From contig DATION010000001.1 in assembly GCA_035473115.1 (NCBI GenBank), positions 461-64,460 on the forward strand: a stretch of DNA of 64,000 bases, in the 5' to 3' direction. Numbering within the stretch: position 1 is the stretch's first letter; every line of letters starts with the position of its first letter. Shown piece by piece: positions 40,001-48,261 of the stretch. The notes below the pieces were generated by a model. It did no database searches. It was not told the origin of the DNA and saw nothing but the letters and a program-made list of their open reading frames with translations. The stretch is from Candidatus Udaeobacter sp. (lineage in GTDB: Bacteria; Patescibacteriota; Patescibacteriia; Magasanikbacterales; GWA2-37-8). Position numbers and translations under genes: made by a program.

Positions 40001-40124
40001 AGGCAATAATGGAAAGTCAGAAATATTTTCTATTCTTACGCCGCAGCAAAAAGAAACGATTGTTGATATTATTATTAATAATTTCCAATCAGTGTTTGGC
40101 TGGACAAAGAATATAGGTTTGTAG
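34008..40124 (+). CDS. Giant (about 2,038 aa) cell-surface protein: N-terminal TM anchor, Kelch-like beta-propeller repeats, then an array of fibronectin-III-like domains
   Basis: Start at the ATG downstream of an extended -10 (TGGTATAAT, about 33963-33971). Repeated YRYSISGNSWT blades. Many FN3-like units (VTWTTDE...S.VEYG..., ARVVWSTSENS...). Gly runs. Ser/Thr-rich. Confidence 0.7.
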   Translation: MKRGQIFSLYPVLFKRKLKRLFLLFKEKYNPHLIIIKKKFHVTVAVILLTVILVNLFQFWSVPIVQGATYTFVQRDWSGGVSNSVIVHPDNQTGWNSFSTSTNTFTSGTTTVSIASSTYSSTDDGTFSSTGSATGGGFSNGATSTTSISGSGSSASIKLSGSTTAVNRVTATTTMTGAFYHGGGQMVGAAGSDYLYIIEGGNRAAPLRRLTISTAATSSLATYTYAYFGAQLLWNGSDDYIYLAEGQNDKFDRYSISGNSWTSMANFPASLPTDVSETAALRYNTEDYIYFFRGSRFADFYRYSISGNSWSSLTSLPIVAGYGIQATRDANSDSIYVLPANGTNFYRYSIAGDSWTSMAAVPLSFGTTTNAGILHDEGSDYIYLLVGDHLYRYSISGNSWTTMADASSVNPDFGTTLLHTAGEDTIYVTGQWDCCASVRVWAYSISGDSWTQYAIVSNHSGGYGSPNKTAFRRTSDESFYFITAAGGDSEVFKYTISQTIYNSSGNFTSASLDLGVAKMNSLSWTSTTPSGVGSNSIQFQLAANNDNSTWNYVGPDGTNSTFFTSNGTTSFPSSLLNKRYWRYKAFLTTADTTVSPSLDSVTFSYSSYATSSSLISSIYDTVDPTNVLASIGWSPFLPTSTTIKFQLRTGSSTSSINSATWVGPDGTASTFFTNSSGETTTSTMRDGSGDRYFQYKAFLQTTNPAFTPVLSSVTSTYVVNANPEIQNVSASENGSGVVTITYQARDPDTSTGTVNPGFVSSTFEYLDANGAYQTIPANQLSAGANSNLAVQGVNWTTSTVSWTLPSGLNIAASRIRVTVNDNEAANNTAASSSPTFQIDSVAPSATSVIVDGSQTPALLTFNVSDSSTLFMKVSENSTLSDVSTWSAFTATTTFTLSSNPDTVYAQFKDVYGNTSTIVHATTPQTPNSFIVQDNSNVLNGATDYRLFVAWRVVATPSPGFGSYKVYRSEDQSTWTLISTISSISDNFVTDNTTVSNTLYYYKVKTVDADGNTSVFSSIVNGRANGAQDAGEGGGGSGVGSDPVITSVATSSPTPSSITITWDTDALSNSVVGFSTTPGNFTDNTVTVNSMVNNSSGVGNHNVVLGGLVPNTTYYFNVKSVSASNASSTDSNGGNGYIFTTPSGPTITGVSAVEVNNTFARVVWSTSENSNSSVIYSTSTSLTNSVTTSSVQMGTAHDMTLTGLTAGTRYYFYVQSVNGSGVTSTDKNLVGGILQYFNLATTLDSTGPTISSIATTTSDNSANITWNTNESADSQIIYGLTTSYGSTTTLDSTFTTQHLMTLSGLSSSTAYHFKILSRDKNNNLTASADQLIITSATPDTTAPIITSVATSSVSLTGATVTWTTDELASSIVEYGITTSSYSSLAGSNSDSVTSHSVSLASLSGNTAYYFRVRSADSAGNSAMSDNSGQGWQFVTVADTTGPVISDVNLLVNDTSVAISWTTNEPASSEVDYDTTSSTFGFSSSTASLVTNHTITITGLTTNVTYFFRLKSTDSAGNTTIDNNGGAAYSFTTQQTPGLVRVGGGGGGAPRDTDPPEISNLSITDIAPSSASVIWQTSEDGNSLVRFGSSIKYGTLTGNDSELLTSKHNVSLFDLKPGQTYHLRAVTYDAAGNRAESIDKTFSTLNSDGSEVTPSTSTEKTPEEEVTPETQFISDSLQKASSQSLQKFLADIASNPFLKNIPEDKFIQAIFEMTSKVVEAPTIVGVKPTVEVKGTSALIRWSTDKKSSSELNYARDVDYKPASNNAYTNAAVNPDEFSVNHSVQLTGLDPGVLYHFKVSSKGLIGPAAVSGDYTFLTTGDLPIISNIKVARPTESQSSIIVDWRTNIPTAGTVEYKNVKSGQSLTQGDETLLVNHEVALKGLEGGVNYTLVIKARDEFKNEVASLPITFSTLLDKISPVITKLSSESTLYPGKDSKVQTIISWETDEPATSQVFYQEGLAGDNVISLPLDTSLNTRHVVVITKFKPGTVYKYWVESKDLAGNNGKSEIFSILTPQQKETIVDIIINNFQSVFGWTKNIGL

Positions 40125-40158
40125 ATATGAAAATTTTTGGCTATATAAATTTTTTAGC

Positions 40159-41496
40159 ATGGATCCGATTATTAAAACAGAAAACATTAAAGTTATTTAT
40201 AATAGAGGGCAGGATAATGAATATATCGCTCTTAATGATATAAGTATTGAGGTGTTTCCCCAGGAGTATACAATTTTTTTTGGACCTTCCGGCTGCGGGA
40301 AATCGACTTTGCTTTATACAATTCTTGGACTGCAAAGACTAAGCGAAGGAAAATTGTATATCCAGGGCCGGGATAGCGCCTCTTTTACAGAGGAAGAAAA
40401 GAGCAAGATGAGTTCACAGTTTTTTGGGATAGTTTTCCAAAATTTTAACTTGATATATTCTTTAAATGTTATTGATAATATCGCTCTGCCCCAGGTGTTT
40501 ATTGAAGCTAATCAGGAAGAAAGGCTGGCCAAAGCTCAAAGCCTGCTCACTCGTTTTGGCATAGCAACCAGAGCCAAGAATTTACCGGCATCTCTTTCGG
40601 GTGGTCAGCAGCAAAGAGTAGCCATTTGTCGATCTTTGATTAATGACCCTTTGATCCTTTTGGCTGATGAACCGGTTGGAAATTTGGATAGTGAATCTGC
40701 TAGAATAGTAATGCAATCGCTTTATGATATTAATAAGAAAGATAAAAAAACGGTAATTCTGGTTACTCACGATCCGAGCTATCTGCCATATGCCGACCGA
40801 GTCTATTATTTTAAAGATGCTAAGTTTGAAAAAGTTGTGCAAAATAGAAATCCTAAAAAAATGGTCAATGGCGGTATTGAAATTAAACCTAAGGGCAAAG
40901 AAGATGAAAACGGTGAATCTGATCTTTTGGGTGAATTAGAAAAATTAGCGCGAGTGCATCATTTTATGACCGTGCCTCAGTTAAAGGCTTGGAGCATAAC
41001 CAATTATCTGATCGATGATTTTACTATTAATCAGGTAGAAAGACTGGAACAATTTATGGAAGAAATGTTGGCTGGAAAATTAAGTCAGCATGCATTTTTT
41101 GAAAATCTAAATACCCCGTATAATGAAGGAGGCGTAGGTTTGTACAAAGGCACTGCTATCAGGTTCGTTAAAGAAACGGCCGCTATCTTAAAACAAGTCA
41201 ATGAATTTTTGGCAGAGGTAAAAAAGCATAATAATTCGGATAATAATATAAAAATATTGAGCATGTTAAGCAGATTCTTATTACAAGAACACCGGGGCAA
41301 TCTGAAAGCGGAAGAGATCGAAAGATTTGAAGCCGGCATCAGAGATCGTTTAAATGGCAGTATGAACTCTGTCCAGTTTAGTAAATTATTACATAAGCAT
41401 TTTGCAGATGGCGGCGTGGGGTTAAGCGTAACAACGGCCGAACATTTATCGGAGAGGCTGCAGATTATCCTGACCCAAGCTTATGAAGTACATTGA
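40159..41496 (+). CDS. ABC transporter ATP-binding protein (MacB/LolD-like) with a C-terminal extension of about 215 aa
   Basis: Walker A GPSGCGKST, signature LSGGQQQRV, Walker B LLADEP. Residues after about 230 have no recognised domain. Confidence 0.8.
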   Translation: MDPIIKTENIKVIYNRGQDNEYIALNDISIEVFPQEYTIFFGPSGCGKSTLLYTILGLQRLSEGKLYIQGRDSASFTEEEKSKMSSQFFGIVFQNFNLIYSLNVIDNIALPQVFIEANQEERLAKAQSLLTRFGIATRAKNLPASLSGGQQQRVAICRSLINDPLILLADEPVGNLDSESARIVMQSLYDINKKDKKTVILVTHDPSYLPYADRVYYFKDAKFEKVVQNRNPKKMVNGGIEIKPKGKEDENGESDLLGELEKLARVHHFMTVPQLKAWSITNYLIDDFTINQVERLEQFMEEMLAGKLSQHAFFENLNTPYNEGGVGLYKGTAIRFVKETAAILKQVNEFLAEVKKHNNSDNNIKILSMLSRFLLQEHRGNLKAEEIERFEAGIRDRLNGSMNSVQFSKLLHKHFADGGVGLSVTTAEHLSERLQIILTQAYEVH

Positions 41497-42682
41497 TCTG
41501 TTTTCTTTATCAACCAGAATGTTTCGCACTAATCCGTCACGTACCTGGCTGACAGTTTTAGGTATCAGTGTTGGAATTTCAGCAGTTTTATTTCTGGTCT
41601 CTTTTGGCTATGGGTTGCAGAATATTATTTTGCAAAAAATAGTTTTTAACCAGGCTTTGCTTAGTGTAGTGGTTACTCCCAGCAGTGACTTGATTGTTTT
41701 AGACGACCAGGCTTTGGCTGATATTGGTAAAATAAAAAATGTTGTTGATGTGGCCGGTTTGGCAAAATTTACAGGGCAGGTATCTCTGGACGGAATAAAT
41801 GGCACAGTCGATATGAGAGCGGTTAGCGCTTCTTTTTTGGCCTATGCCGGCACAATGGTAAAGTATGGAAATTTATACGAGGAAAAGGATCAAAATCAGA
41901 TTTTGATTTCTGACGCTGTTTTAAAATTATTTGGTATTACCGATGCCAGCACGGTGCTGGGAAAAAAAGTTAGTTTAAAAATTTTTGCCAATAAAAGCGG
42001 CGCCGATCAGTCGCAATTAGAAATTGTTGATATACCGGGCAGTTATACCATCAAAGGTGTTATAGAAGACAGCCAAGAGAGTTATATTTTTTTACCGCTT
42101 AAAGAAGTGACTCAGTATGTAAAAGTGGATCGTTATGAACAGGCACGGGTAAAAGTAAATAATAGTACTGATCTGGCGGGAGTCAAAGAAGAAGCTATAG
42201 CCAAAGGCTACCAAACCCAATCGCTATCGGAAACAATTGATCAAGCCAATAAAATCTTTCATGTGATCCAGATAGTCTTGGGTTTGTTTGGGGCCGTGGC
42301 TTTGATAGTTTCTTCTATCGGCATGTTTAATACGATGACTGTAACTTTGCTTGAACGTACCAATGAAATTGGTATTATGCGCGCTTTGGGAGCCAGCAAA
42401 TCAAATTTACGCAATTTATTTTTGGCTGAATCGGTAATCATTGGTTTTTTGGGCGGGTTGGTCGGCACGGCCTTGGGTATTATCGCCGGTCAAATTTTTA
42501 ATTTAATTATCAATGGTTTGGCTGCTAAGTTTGGCGGAGCCAAAATATCTTTATTTGTTTATCCAATTTCTTTTTTGTTAATAATTGTTTTCCTTTCATT
42601 ATTTATTGGTTTTTTGTCAGGAATATTTCCGGCGCGCCGGGCTGCAGGTATGGATCCGTTGGAAGCTTTGCGCTATAAGTAA
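41483..42682 (+). CDS. ABC transporter permease, FtsX/MacB family
   Basis: N-terminal TM, large periplasmic domain, C-terminal FtsX 3-TM bundle. Confidence 0.8.
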   Translation: MKYIDLFSLSTRMFRTNPSRTWLTVLGISVGISAVLFLVSFGYGLQNIILQKIVFNQALLSVVVTPSSDLIVLDDQALADIGKIKNVVDVAGLAKFTGQVSLDGINGTVDMRAVSASFLAYAGTMVKYGNLYEEKDQNQILISDAVLKLFGITDASTVLGKKVSLKIFANKSGADQSQLEIVDIPGSYTIKGVIEDSQESYIFLPLKEVTQYVKVDRYEQARVKVNNSTDLAGVKEEAIAKGYQTQSLSETIDQANKIFHVIQIVLGLFGAVALIVSSIGMFNTMTVTLLERTNEIGIMRALGASKSNLRNLFLAESVIIGFLGGLVGTALGIIAGQIFNLIINGLAAKFGGAKISLFVYPISFLLIIVFLSLFIGFLSGIFPARRAAGMDPLEALRYK

Positions 42683-42690
42683 AACACCCC

Positions 42691-42797
42691 TTGACAATAA
42701 AACTAGCTGTGCTATACTTAAACCAAGTTAGGAAGCGGTAAGCAATTATTCGCTTTCAGCAATACAGGACTCCTTCGGGAGTCTTTTTGCTTTTTTA
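42691..42797 (+). ncRNA. Candidate short transcript: consensus promoter, about 70 nt, then a UUCG-loop terminator
   Basis: TTGACA, 16-nt spacer, TATACT (42691-42718). Hairpin AGGACTCC-TTCG-GGAGTCT (42766-42784) followed by TTTTTGCTTTTTT. No ORF. Confidence 0.35.
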
Positions 42798-42813
42798 AGC
42801 TTAGATTAAGGGG

Positions 42814-42841
42814 TTGACTTTAAATTTTCCAGTGGTAAGAT
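42814..42841 (+). promoter_or_regulatory. Sigma-70-type promoter for the gene at 42866
   Basis: TTGACT, 16-nt spacer, TAAGAT. Confidence 0.45.
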
Positions 42842-42865
42842 ATATAAAATAATGTTTCTTAAAAT

Positions 42866-43321
42866 ATGCAAAATTCTCAACTTAATAGAATTATTAAATT
42901 GATCAAAAGAACCGGAGAGAAAACTGTGATTATGGACAATGAGTCTGACGCTGTTATGATGTTGATGGATTTAGGTGTTTACGAAAAAATGTTGGATCGC
43001 TCTCAGGGCGTAGAAAAATTGACTGAAGAAGAACTACTAGAAAAAATCAATCGTGATGTGGCTATTTGGCGAGCTTCTAATAACGACAAAAACGAGATTG
43101 ATTTAGAGGATGAAATAGTAGAGAAGCCTCAAAGCGTCAAACCGCTTACCTCAAGCGAAACATTCGTAGAAAAAAATAAATCCGAAAATCAAACAGCACC
43201 TCAGGATAATACAATTACCATTAATAAATACCCAAATATTAATGCGGAACAGGAGCACTCAGCTGCTGATATTATCGCCGAAGAAGAGGAAGAGAAGTTC
43301 TATCTAGAACCAGTAGAATAA
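42866..43321 (+). CDS. Acidic hypothetical protein; N-terminus weakly resembles Phd/YefM antitoxins
   Basis: GEKTVIMDNESDAVMMLMDLGVYEKML resembles the Phd/YefM N-terminal pattern. Long Glu-rich tail. Low confidence. Confidence 0.3.
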   Translation: MQNSQLNRIIKLIKRTGEKTVIMDNESDAVMMLMDLGVYEKMLDRSQGVEKLTEEELLEKINRDVAIWRASNNDKNEIDLEDEIVEKPQSVKPLTSSETFVEKNKSENQTAPQDNTITINKYPNINAEQEHSAADIIAEEEEEKFYLEPVE

Positions 43322-43394
43322 GGAGTTTTTCCCGAAGAGGTCCCGTTGGGATTGGTTGTCCACAGTTTTTCCCAGCTAGTTTAGGGTAGGGGGC

Positions 43395-43422
43395 TTGCAT
43401 TTTTTTTTGTTTCTGATATAAT
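43395..43422 (+). promoter_or_regulatory. Sigma-70-type promoter for tuf
   Basis: TTGCAT, 16-nt spacer, TATAAT. Confidence 0.5.
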
Positions 43423-43520
43423 GGTAAAACTTAAATTTGTATATTTATATATAACAAAAAACGGCTGGAACAAAATCTACCACCGACCACTCGGTGTAGT
43501 GCCGTGTAAGGATTAAATTT

Positions 43521-44708
43521 ATGGCTGAGTTTATACGAAACAAGCCACACTTGAACATTGGTACTATCGGTCACGTTGACCATGGTAAAACAACCTTGAC
43601 TGCTGCTATTTTGGCAGTTTTACGCTCTCGCGGAGGCGCTGCTTCCAATAAGGGTGTTGATGATTTAGATAAATCTCCAGAATCTAAAGCTCGCGGTATC
43701 ACTATCTCCACCGCTCACGTAGAATACGAAACTGACGCTAGACACTACGCTCACGTAGACTGTCCTGGTCATGCCGATTATGTTAAAAACATGATTACTG
43801 GTGCTGCTCAAATGGATGGCGCCATCTTAGTTGTTTCTGCAGCTGACGGCCCAATGCCTCAGACCAGAGAACACATCTTGTTAGCTCGCCAGGTTGGTGT
43901 GCCTTACATTGTTGTATTCTTAAACAAAGTTGACCAAGTTTCTGATCCAGAGTTAGTAGATTTAGTTGAAGACGAAGTTCGTGATCTATTAAAGAAATAT
44001 GGCTTCCCTGGAGATACTACCACTATAATCCGTGGTTCCGCTTTGCAAGCTTTACAAAATCCTACCGATGAAGCTGCTGCCAAACCAGTTATGGATTTAA
44101 TGGCTGCTTGTGACGCAATTCCTCAGCCTACTCGTGATATTGATAAACCTTTCTTAATGCCTATCGAAGACGTATTCTCTATTGAAGGCCGCGGTACAGT
44201 AGTTACCGGTCGTTTAGAGAGAGGTATTATCCGCATCAATGATGAAGCGGAAATCGTAGGTATGGCTGAAACTACATCAAAAACCGTTGTTACTGGTGTA
44301 GAAATGTTTAATAAACAATTAAAAGAAGGCCAAGCTGGTGATAACGTTGGTTTATTGCTCCGCGGTACCAAGAAAGAAGATGTAGAACGCGGTATGGTTA
44401 TTGCTAAACCTGGCAGTATTACTCCTCACACTGAATTTGATGCTCAAGTTTATATCTTAACTAAAGAAGAAGGCGGCAGACATAAACCTTTCTTCAAAGG
44501 TTATAAACCTCAATTCTATATCCGCACTACAGATGTAACCGGAGAAGTAGAATTAGCAGCCGGTACCGAAATGGTTATGCCTGGCGACACAGTTTCTTTC
44601 AAAGTTAAATTGATTACTCCGGTTGCGATGGAAGAAAAAATGAACTTTGCTATCCGCGAAGGTGGCAAAACTGTAGGTTCAGGAGTAGTAACTTCAATCA
44701 CAAAATAA
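43521..44708 (+). CDS. tuf: Elongation factor Tu
   Basis: [25 protein letters not shown] motifs. 395 aa. Confidence 0.95.
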   Translation: MAEFIRNKPHLNIGTIGHVDHGKTTLTAAILAVLRSRGGAASNKGVDDLDKSPESKARGITISTAHVEYETDARHYAHVDCPGHADYVKNMITGAAQMDGAILVVSAADGPMPQTREHILLARQVGVPYIVVFLNKVDQVSDPELVDLVEDEVRDLLKKYGFPGDTTTIIRGSALQALQNPTDEAAAKPVMDLMAACDAIPQPTRDIDKPFLMPIEDVFSIEGRGTVVTGRLERGIIRINDEAEIVGMAETTSKTVVTGVEMFNKQLKEGQAGDNVGLLLRGTKKEDVERGMVIAKPGSITPHTEFDAQVYILTKEEGGRHKPFFKGYKPQFYIRTTDVTGEVELAAGTEMVMPGDTVSFKVKLITPVAMEEKMNFAIREGGKTVGSGVVTSITK

Positions 44709-44716
44709 TCTTAAAA

Positions 44717-44757
44717 GATCTCTCACCGCCTCGTAACGCGGGGCGGTGAATAGATCT
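44717..44757 (+). terminator. Long inverted repeat after tuf (terminator or attenuator)
   Basis: AGATCTCTCACCGCC ... GGCGGTGAATAGATCT. No strong T-run follows. Confidence 0.35.
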
Positions 44758-44785
44758 AATAATATAATAGTTCTTTATATAATGT

Positions 44786-45160
44786 ATGACTGCAACTCAG
44801 ACACAAAAGAAAACTGAACGCGCTCCGCACAAAGTCGTAGCTGCTGCCGTAGAAGTTATTAGCCGAATCAGAATCAAGATTCGAGCTTATGATAACAAAA
44901 TTATAGATTTGGCTACCAAATATATAATTGAAACTGCCGAAAGACATGGCGCGCAGGTAGTTGGCCCAATTCCTTTGCCAACTGAAAAGACAAAATTTAC
45001 CGTTAATCGATCTACTTTTGTGCACAAAGACGCTCGCGAACAATACGAAATGCGCGTTCATAAAAGATTGATAGATATCGTTAATGCTAACCCAAAAACA
45101 GTAGATGCGTTAATGAGTCTACAGTTGCCAGCCGGTGTAGATATCGAAATTAAAATGTAA
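44786..45160 (+). CDS. rpsJ: 30S ribosomal protein S10 with an N-terminal extension of about 25 aa
   Basis: Core [20 protein letters not shown]... matches S10. Confidence 0.85.
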   Translation: MTATQTQKKTERAPHKVVAAAVEVISRIRIKIRAYDNKIIDLATKYIIETAERHGAQVVGPIPLPTEKTKFTVNRSTFVHKDAREQYEMRVHKRLIDIVNANPKTVDALMSLQLPAGVDIEIKM

Positions 45161-45183
45161 ATTCTTGTCCCCATTGTGGGGGC

Positions 45184-45212
45184 TTGACAGGAAGCTGTAA
45201 GTATAGTATTAT
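45184..45212 (+). promoter_or_regulatory. Sigma-70-type promoter at the head of a 380-nt structured leader before rplC
   Basis: TTGACA, 17-nt spacer, TATTAT. The leader contains CTGCTTCT...AGAAGCAG and ACCGCC-GCGA-GGCGGT hairpins. Confidence 0.4.
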
Positions 45213-45538
45213 TTGCTTAGAAAAATTCGTTGATTTTGATCCAGTAAATAAGATCCAAGTTTGCCTAGCATAGCGAAGCAAAATATGGAAAACATTTATC
45301 AGATCTTAAGAAACATTAGGAGAAAAAGTTATTAAAAATTTATTAAAATAAAAGCCAAACTAAGTTAATCTGCCTCTGCTTCTTTGAAGCTATGGCGAGA
45401 CGAAGAAGGCTAGAAACAAAAGCAGGTTTTTCACCGCCGCGAGGCGGTATCACGCTGCGGCGTAGAAGCAGTAGTGAAAAACAGGTTGTTGTTTCTAGTT
45501 TTTTAAATCAAAAAATCCACAGCTTGTTATCTTTAATT

Positions 45539-46246
45539 ATGAAATTCATTTTAGGTAAAAAAATCGGCATGACTCAAGTGTTCTTGCCAAACGGAGTGGT
45601 AGTGCCAGTAACCAAAGTTCAGGCTGGACCTTGCCAAATTGTTGAAGTTAAAGAAAACGTTAATAAGAACGGACTAAAAGCCGTTCAGATTGGTTTTGAT
45701 GAAACAAAAGAGGCTCGTTTAGCTCGTCCTCAAGTTGGTCATCTCAAAGATTTGGATAAAGTTAGAAACTTAAAAGATTTTAAGATCGAAACTAAAGCCG
45801 AAGTTAAACGCGGCGATACTATTACTGTAGAAACATTTGTTACCGGAGATAAGGTTGTGGTAGTTGGCGAGTCCAAAGGTAAAGGTTTTGCCGGTGTAGT
45901 TAAACGCCACCACTTCCGCGGTGGTCCTGCTTCTCATGGTCATAAAGATAACTTACGCATGCCTGGTACTATTGGTGCCGGCGGTGTACAAAGAGTTTTT
46001 AAAGGCCAAAAAATGGGCGGACGCATGGGTGGTGAAAGAATTACCGTAAAGAATTTAGAAATTATCGAAGTTCACCCAGAAGTAAATGAAATTTATATTA
46101 AAGGCGCAGTACCGGGCGGACGTAATGCTTTATTGTTGATCAGCGGCGAGGGAGAATTGAAATTACAAACAAATAAAGCAGCTGAAACAGCCATAGCTCC
46201 AGAAGCAGCTCCTGAATTAGTAGTGGCTGAACAAGTAGCCCAATAA
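45539..46246 (+). CDS. rplC: 50S ribosomal protein L3
   Basis: True start at MKFILGKKIGMTQVF. The ORF track's upstream extension translates the leader. Confidence 0.9.
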   Translation: MKFILGKKIGMTQVFLPNGVVVPVTKVQAGPCQIVEVKENVNKNGLKAVQIGFDETKEARLARPQVGHLKDLDKVRNLKDFKIETKAEVKRGDTITVETFVTGDKVVVVGESKGKGFAGVVKRHHFRGGPASHGHKDNLRMPGTIGAGGVQRVFKGQKMGGRMGGERITVKNLEIIEVHPEVNEIYIKGAVPGGRNALLLISGEGELKLQTNKAAETAIAPEAAPELVVAEQVAQ

Positions 46247-46256
46247 TTTTAAAACT

Positions 46257-46886
46257 ATGAAAGTTAAAGTTTACAATCTAGAAGGAAAAGAAACTGGCGA
46301 GATGAATCTTTCCGAAAGTATTTTTGGAGTTAAAGTAAAACCGGAAGTTGTTCACGGAGTTTTTACCGCGCAAAATAATAACCAAAGAGAACCTTGGGCT
46401 GATACCAAAAGCAAAGGCGAAGTAAGAGGCGGCGGCAAGAAACCTTGGGCTCAAAAAGGCACAGGCCGAGCTCGCCATGGTTCTATTCGCTCACCAATTT
46501 GGAAGGGCGGCGGCGTAACTTTTGGTCCATTATCAATCAGAAATTACAAAACAAAAATCAACAAGAAAACCAAACGCTTGGCTCTGAAAATGTGCTTAAG
46601 TGATAGATTGGCCAGTAAAGCCTTGTTGGTAATTGAAGATTTTAATTTTGCCGAACCAAAAACAAAATTGTTTGTTAATTTTATCAAAGCATTGCCGGTT
46701 AAAGCCAAATCATTCTTGCTGCTTACCCCTGGTAAAAACGAAACAGTTTTACGCATGACTAAAAATTTAAAGTCAGTAAAAACTGTTAGAGCCGAAGATA
46801 TTAGTGTAATGGATTTATTGTCAAAATCAACTGTTTTAATCAGCAAAGCCGGCGTAGAAACTGTTGAAAAAGTTTTTAATAAATAA
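46257..46886 (+). CDS. rplD: 50S ribosomal protein L4
   Basis: L4 family sequence and operon position. Confidence 0.9.
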   Translation: MKVKVYNLEGKETGEMNLSESIFGVKVKPEVVHGVFTAQNNNQREPWADTKSKGEVRGGGKKPWAQKGTGRARHGSIRSPIWKGGGVTFGPLSIRNYKTKINKKTKRLALKMCLSDRLASKALLVIEDFNFAEPKTKLFVNFIKALPVKAKSFLLLTPGKNETVLRMTKNLKSVKTVRAEDISVMDLLSKSTVLISKAGVETVEKVFNK

Positions 46887-46887
46887 T

Positions 46888-47391
46888 ATGGGATTGCTAA
46901 ATAATTTTTTGGGAAAAAAACAGACAAAAGAACAGTTAAACAAGATTGGTGAAAAACAATCCACTGCTGTTGTGGCTGCTAAAGAAAAAAAAGTAAAAGC
47001 AAAAAAAGAAACCGCTAAAGAAGTTAAGGCGCATGACCATAACCACGATCATAAGCATGATCATTCTGAAACTGAATCTAAACCAAAAGCTAAATTATCT
47101 GTTCATAGTGTAGCTTTCAAGGTTTTGGTAAAACCGCTTGTTACCGAAAAAAGCGCGGTAGCGGAAAGTAAAAATAAATATAGTTTTGTGGTAGCTAAAT
47201 CCGCTAACAAAGATCAGATCAAAAAAGCTATTGAAGAAGTTTACGGTGTTAAGCCATCCAATGTAAATGTAGCCAATATTGAAGGACGCCGGGTCCGTTT
47301 TGGCCGCAGCATGGGACGACGCAGTGATTATAAAAAAGCTATCATTACTTTGCCTCAAGGCAAAACAATTGATATCCATACAGGAGTTTAA
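46888..47391 (+). CDS. rplW: 50S ribosomal protein L23 with a Lys/His-rich N-terminal extension of about 70 aa
   Basis: C-terminal 95 aa match L23 (LVKPLVTEKS...). The extension contains HDHNHDHKHDH. The ORF-track start at 46864 overlaps L4; the ATG at 46888 is preferred. Confidence 0.8.
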   Translation: MGLLNNFLGKKQTKEQLNKIGEKQSTAVVAAKEKKVKAKKETAKEVKAHDHNHDHKHDHSETESKPKAKLSVHSVAFKVLVKPLVTEKSAVAESKNKYSFVVAKSANKDQIKKAIEEVYGVKPSNVNVANIEGRRVRFGRSMGRRSDYKKAIITLPQGKTIDIHTGV

Positions 47392-47399
47392 TCAAATTT

Positions 47400-48245
47400 A
47401 TGCCTATTAAGATTTACAAACCAACCAGCGACGGACGACGCCACTCAAGTGTGGATGCTTTTGCCGATATTACTAAAACAAAACCAGAGAAGTCTTTGAT
47501 TGTTTTCTTAACTCCAAATTCCGGAAGAAACAATCAGGGTGTTCTAACCGTTAGACATCAAGGCGGGGGCGTAAAAAAGTTTTATCGCTTAGTTGATTTT
47601 AAATTAGATAAATTTGATGTTGAAGCAACTGTTTTAGCTATTGAATATGATCCTAATCGCGGTCCGCGCATTGCTTTGGTACAATATACTGATGGTGTAA
47701 AATCTTATGTTCTGGCTCCGGAAGGATTAAAAGTAGGTGATAAGATTTTATCTTCAAAAAAAGCTATCGAAGCTAAAACAGGTAATCGCATGCCATTAGA
47801 ATTTATTCCAGTTGGTATGTTTGTCCATAACTTGGAATTAACTCCGGGTAAAGGCGGACAGTTGGTTCGTGGTGCCGGTATGGCTGCTCAGTTGGTAGGT
47901 ATGGAAGAAGGTTATGCTTTGGTAAAATTGCCATCTGGTGAAATTAGAAAAATCTTAAAAGAATGCACTGCTACTATCGGTACAATGGGAAATGCTGATT
48001 ACAGACTGATCCGCTGGGGAAAAGCTGGCAGAAACCGCATGCGCGGTATTCGTCCAAGAGTAAACGGCAAGAACATGAACCCGGTAGATCACCCACATGG
48101 TGGTGGTGAAGGTCACAACCCGATTGGTCAAAAACGTGGTCCGCAAACTATTTATGGTAAGCCGGCTAGAGGAGTTAAGACTCGCAAGCCAAGCAAGTGG
48201 AGTGATAAGTTTGTGGTTAAATCACGCCGAGTTAAATCAGAATAA
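47400..48245 (+). CDS. rplB: 50S ribosomal protein L2
   Basis: L2 family sequence; conserved position after rplW. Confidence 0.95.
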   Translation: MPIKIYKPTSDGRRHSSVDAFADITKTKPEKSLIVFLTPNSGRNNQGVLTVRHQGGGVKKFYRLVDFKLDKFDVEATVLAIEYDPNRGPRIALVQYTDGVKSYVLAPEGLKVGDKILSSKKAIEAKTGNRMPLEFIPVGMFVHNLELTPGKGGQLVRGAGMAAQLVGMEEGYALVKLPSGEIRKILKECTATIGTMGNADYRLIRWGKAGRNRMRGIRPRVNGKNMNPVDHPHGGGEGHNPIGQKRGPQTIYGKPARGVKTRKPSKWSDKFVVKSRRVKSE

Positions 48246-48261
48246 TTAGAAATTTACCAAT

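Noticed and set aside
43381-43400. Sigma-54-like GG-N8-TTGCA spacing (AGGTAGGGGGCTTGCA) upstream of tuf
   Set aside because: The TTGCA is simply the -35 hexamer (TTGCAT) of a good sigma-70 promoter with a 16-nt spacer to TATAAT. The -24 element matches only at GG. Most likely coincidental.
45392-45538. N-terminal 49-aa extension of L3 predicted by the ORF track (MARRRRLETKAG...)
   Set aside because: It translates the structured leader. The conserved L3 N-terminus MKFILGKKIGMTQVF starts at 45539.
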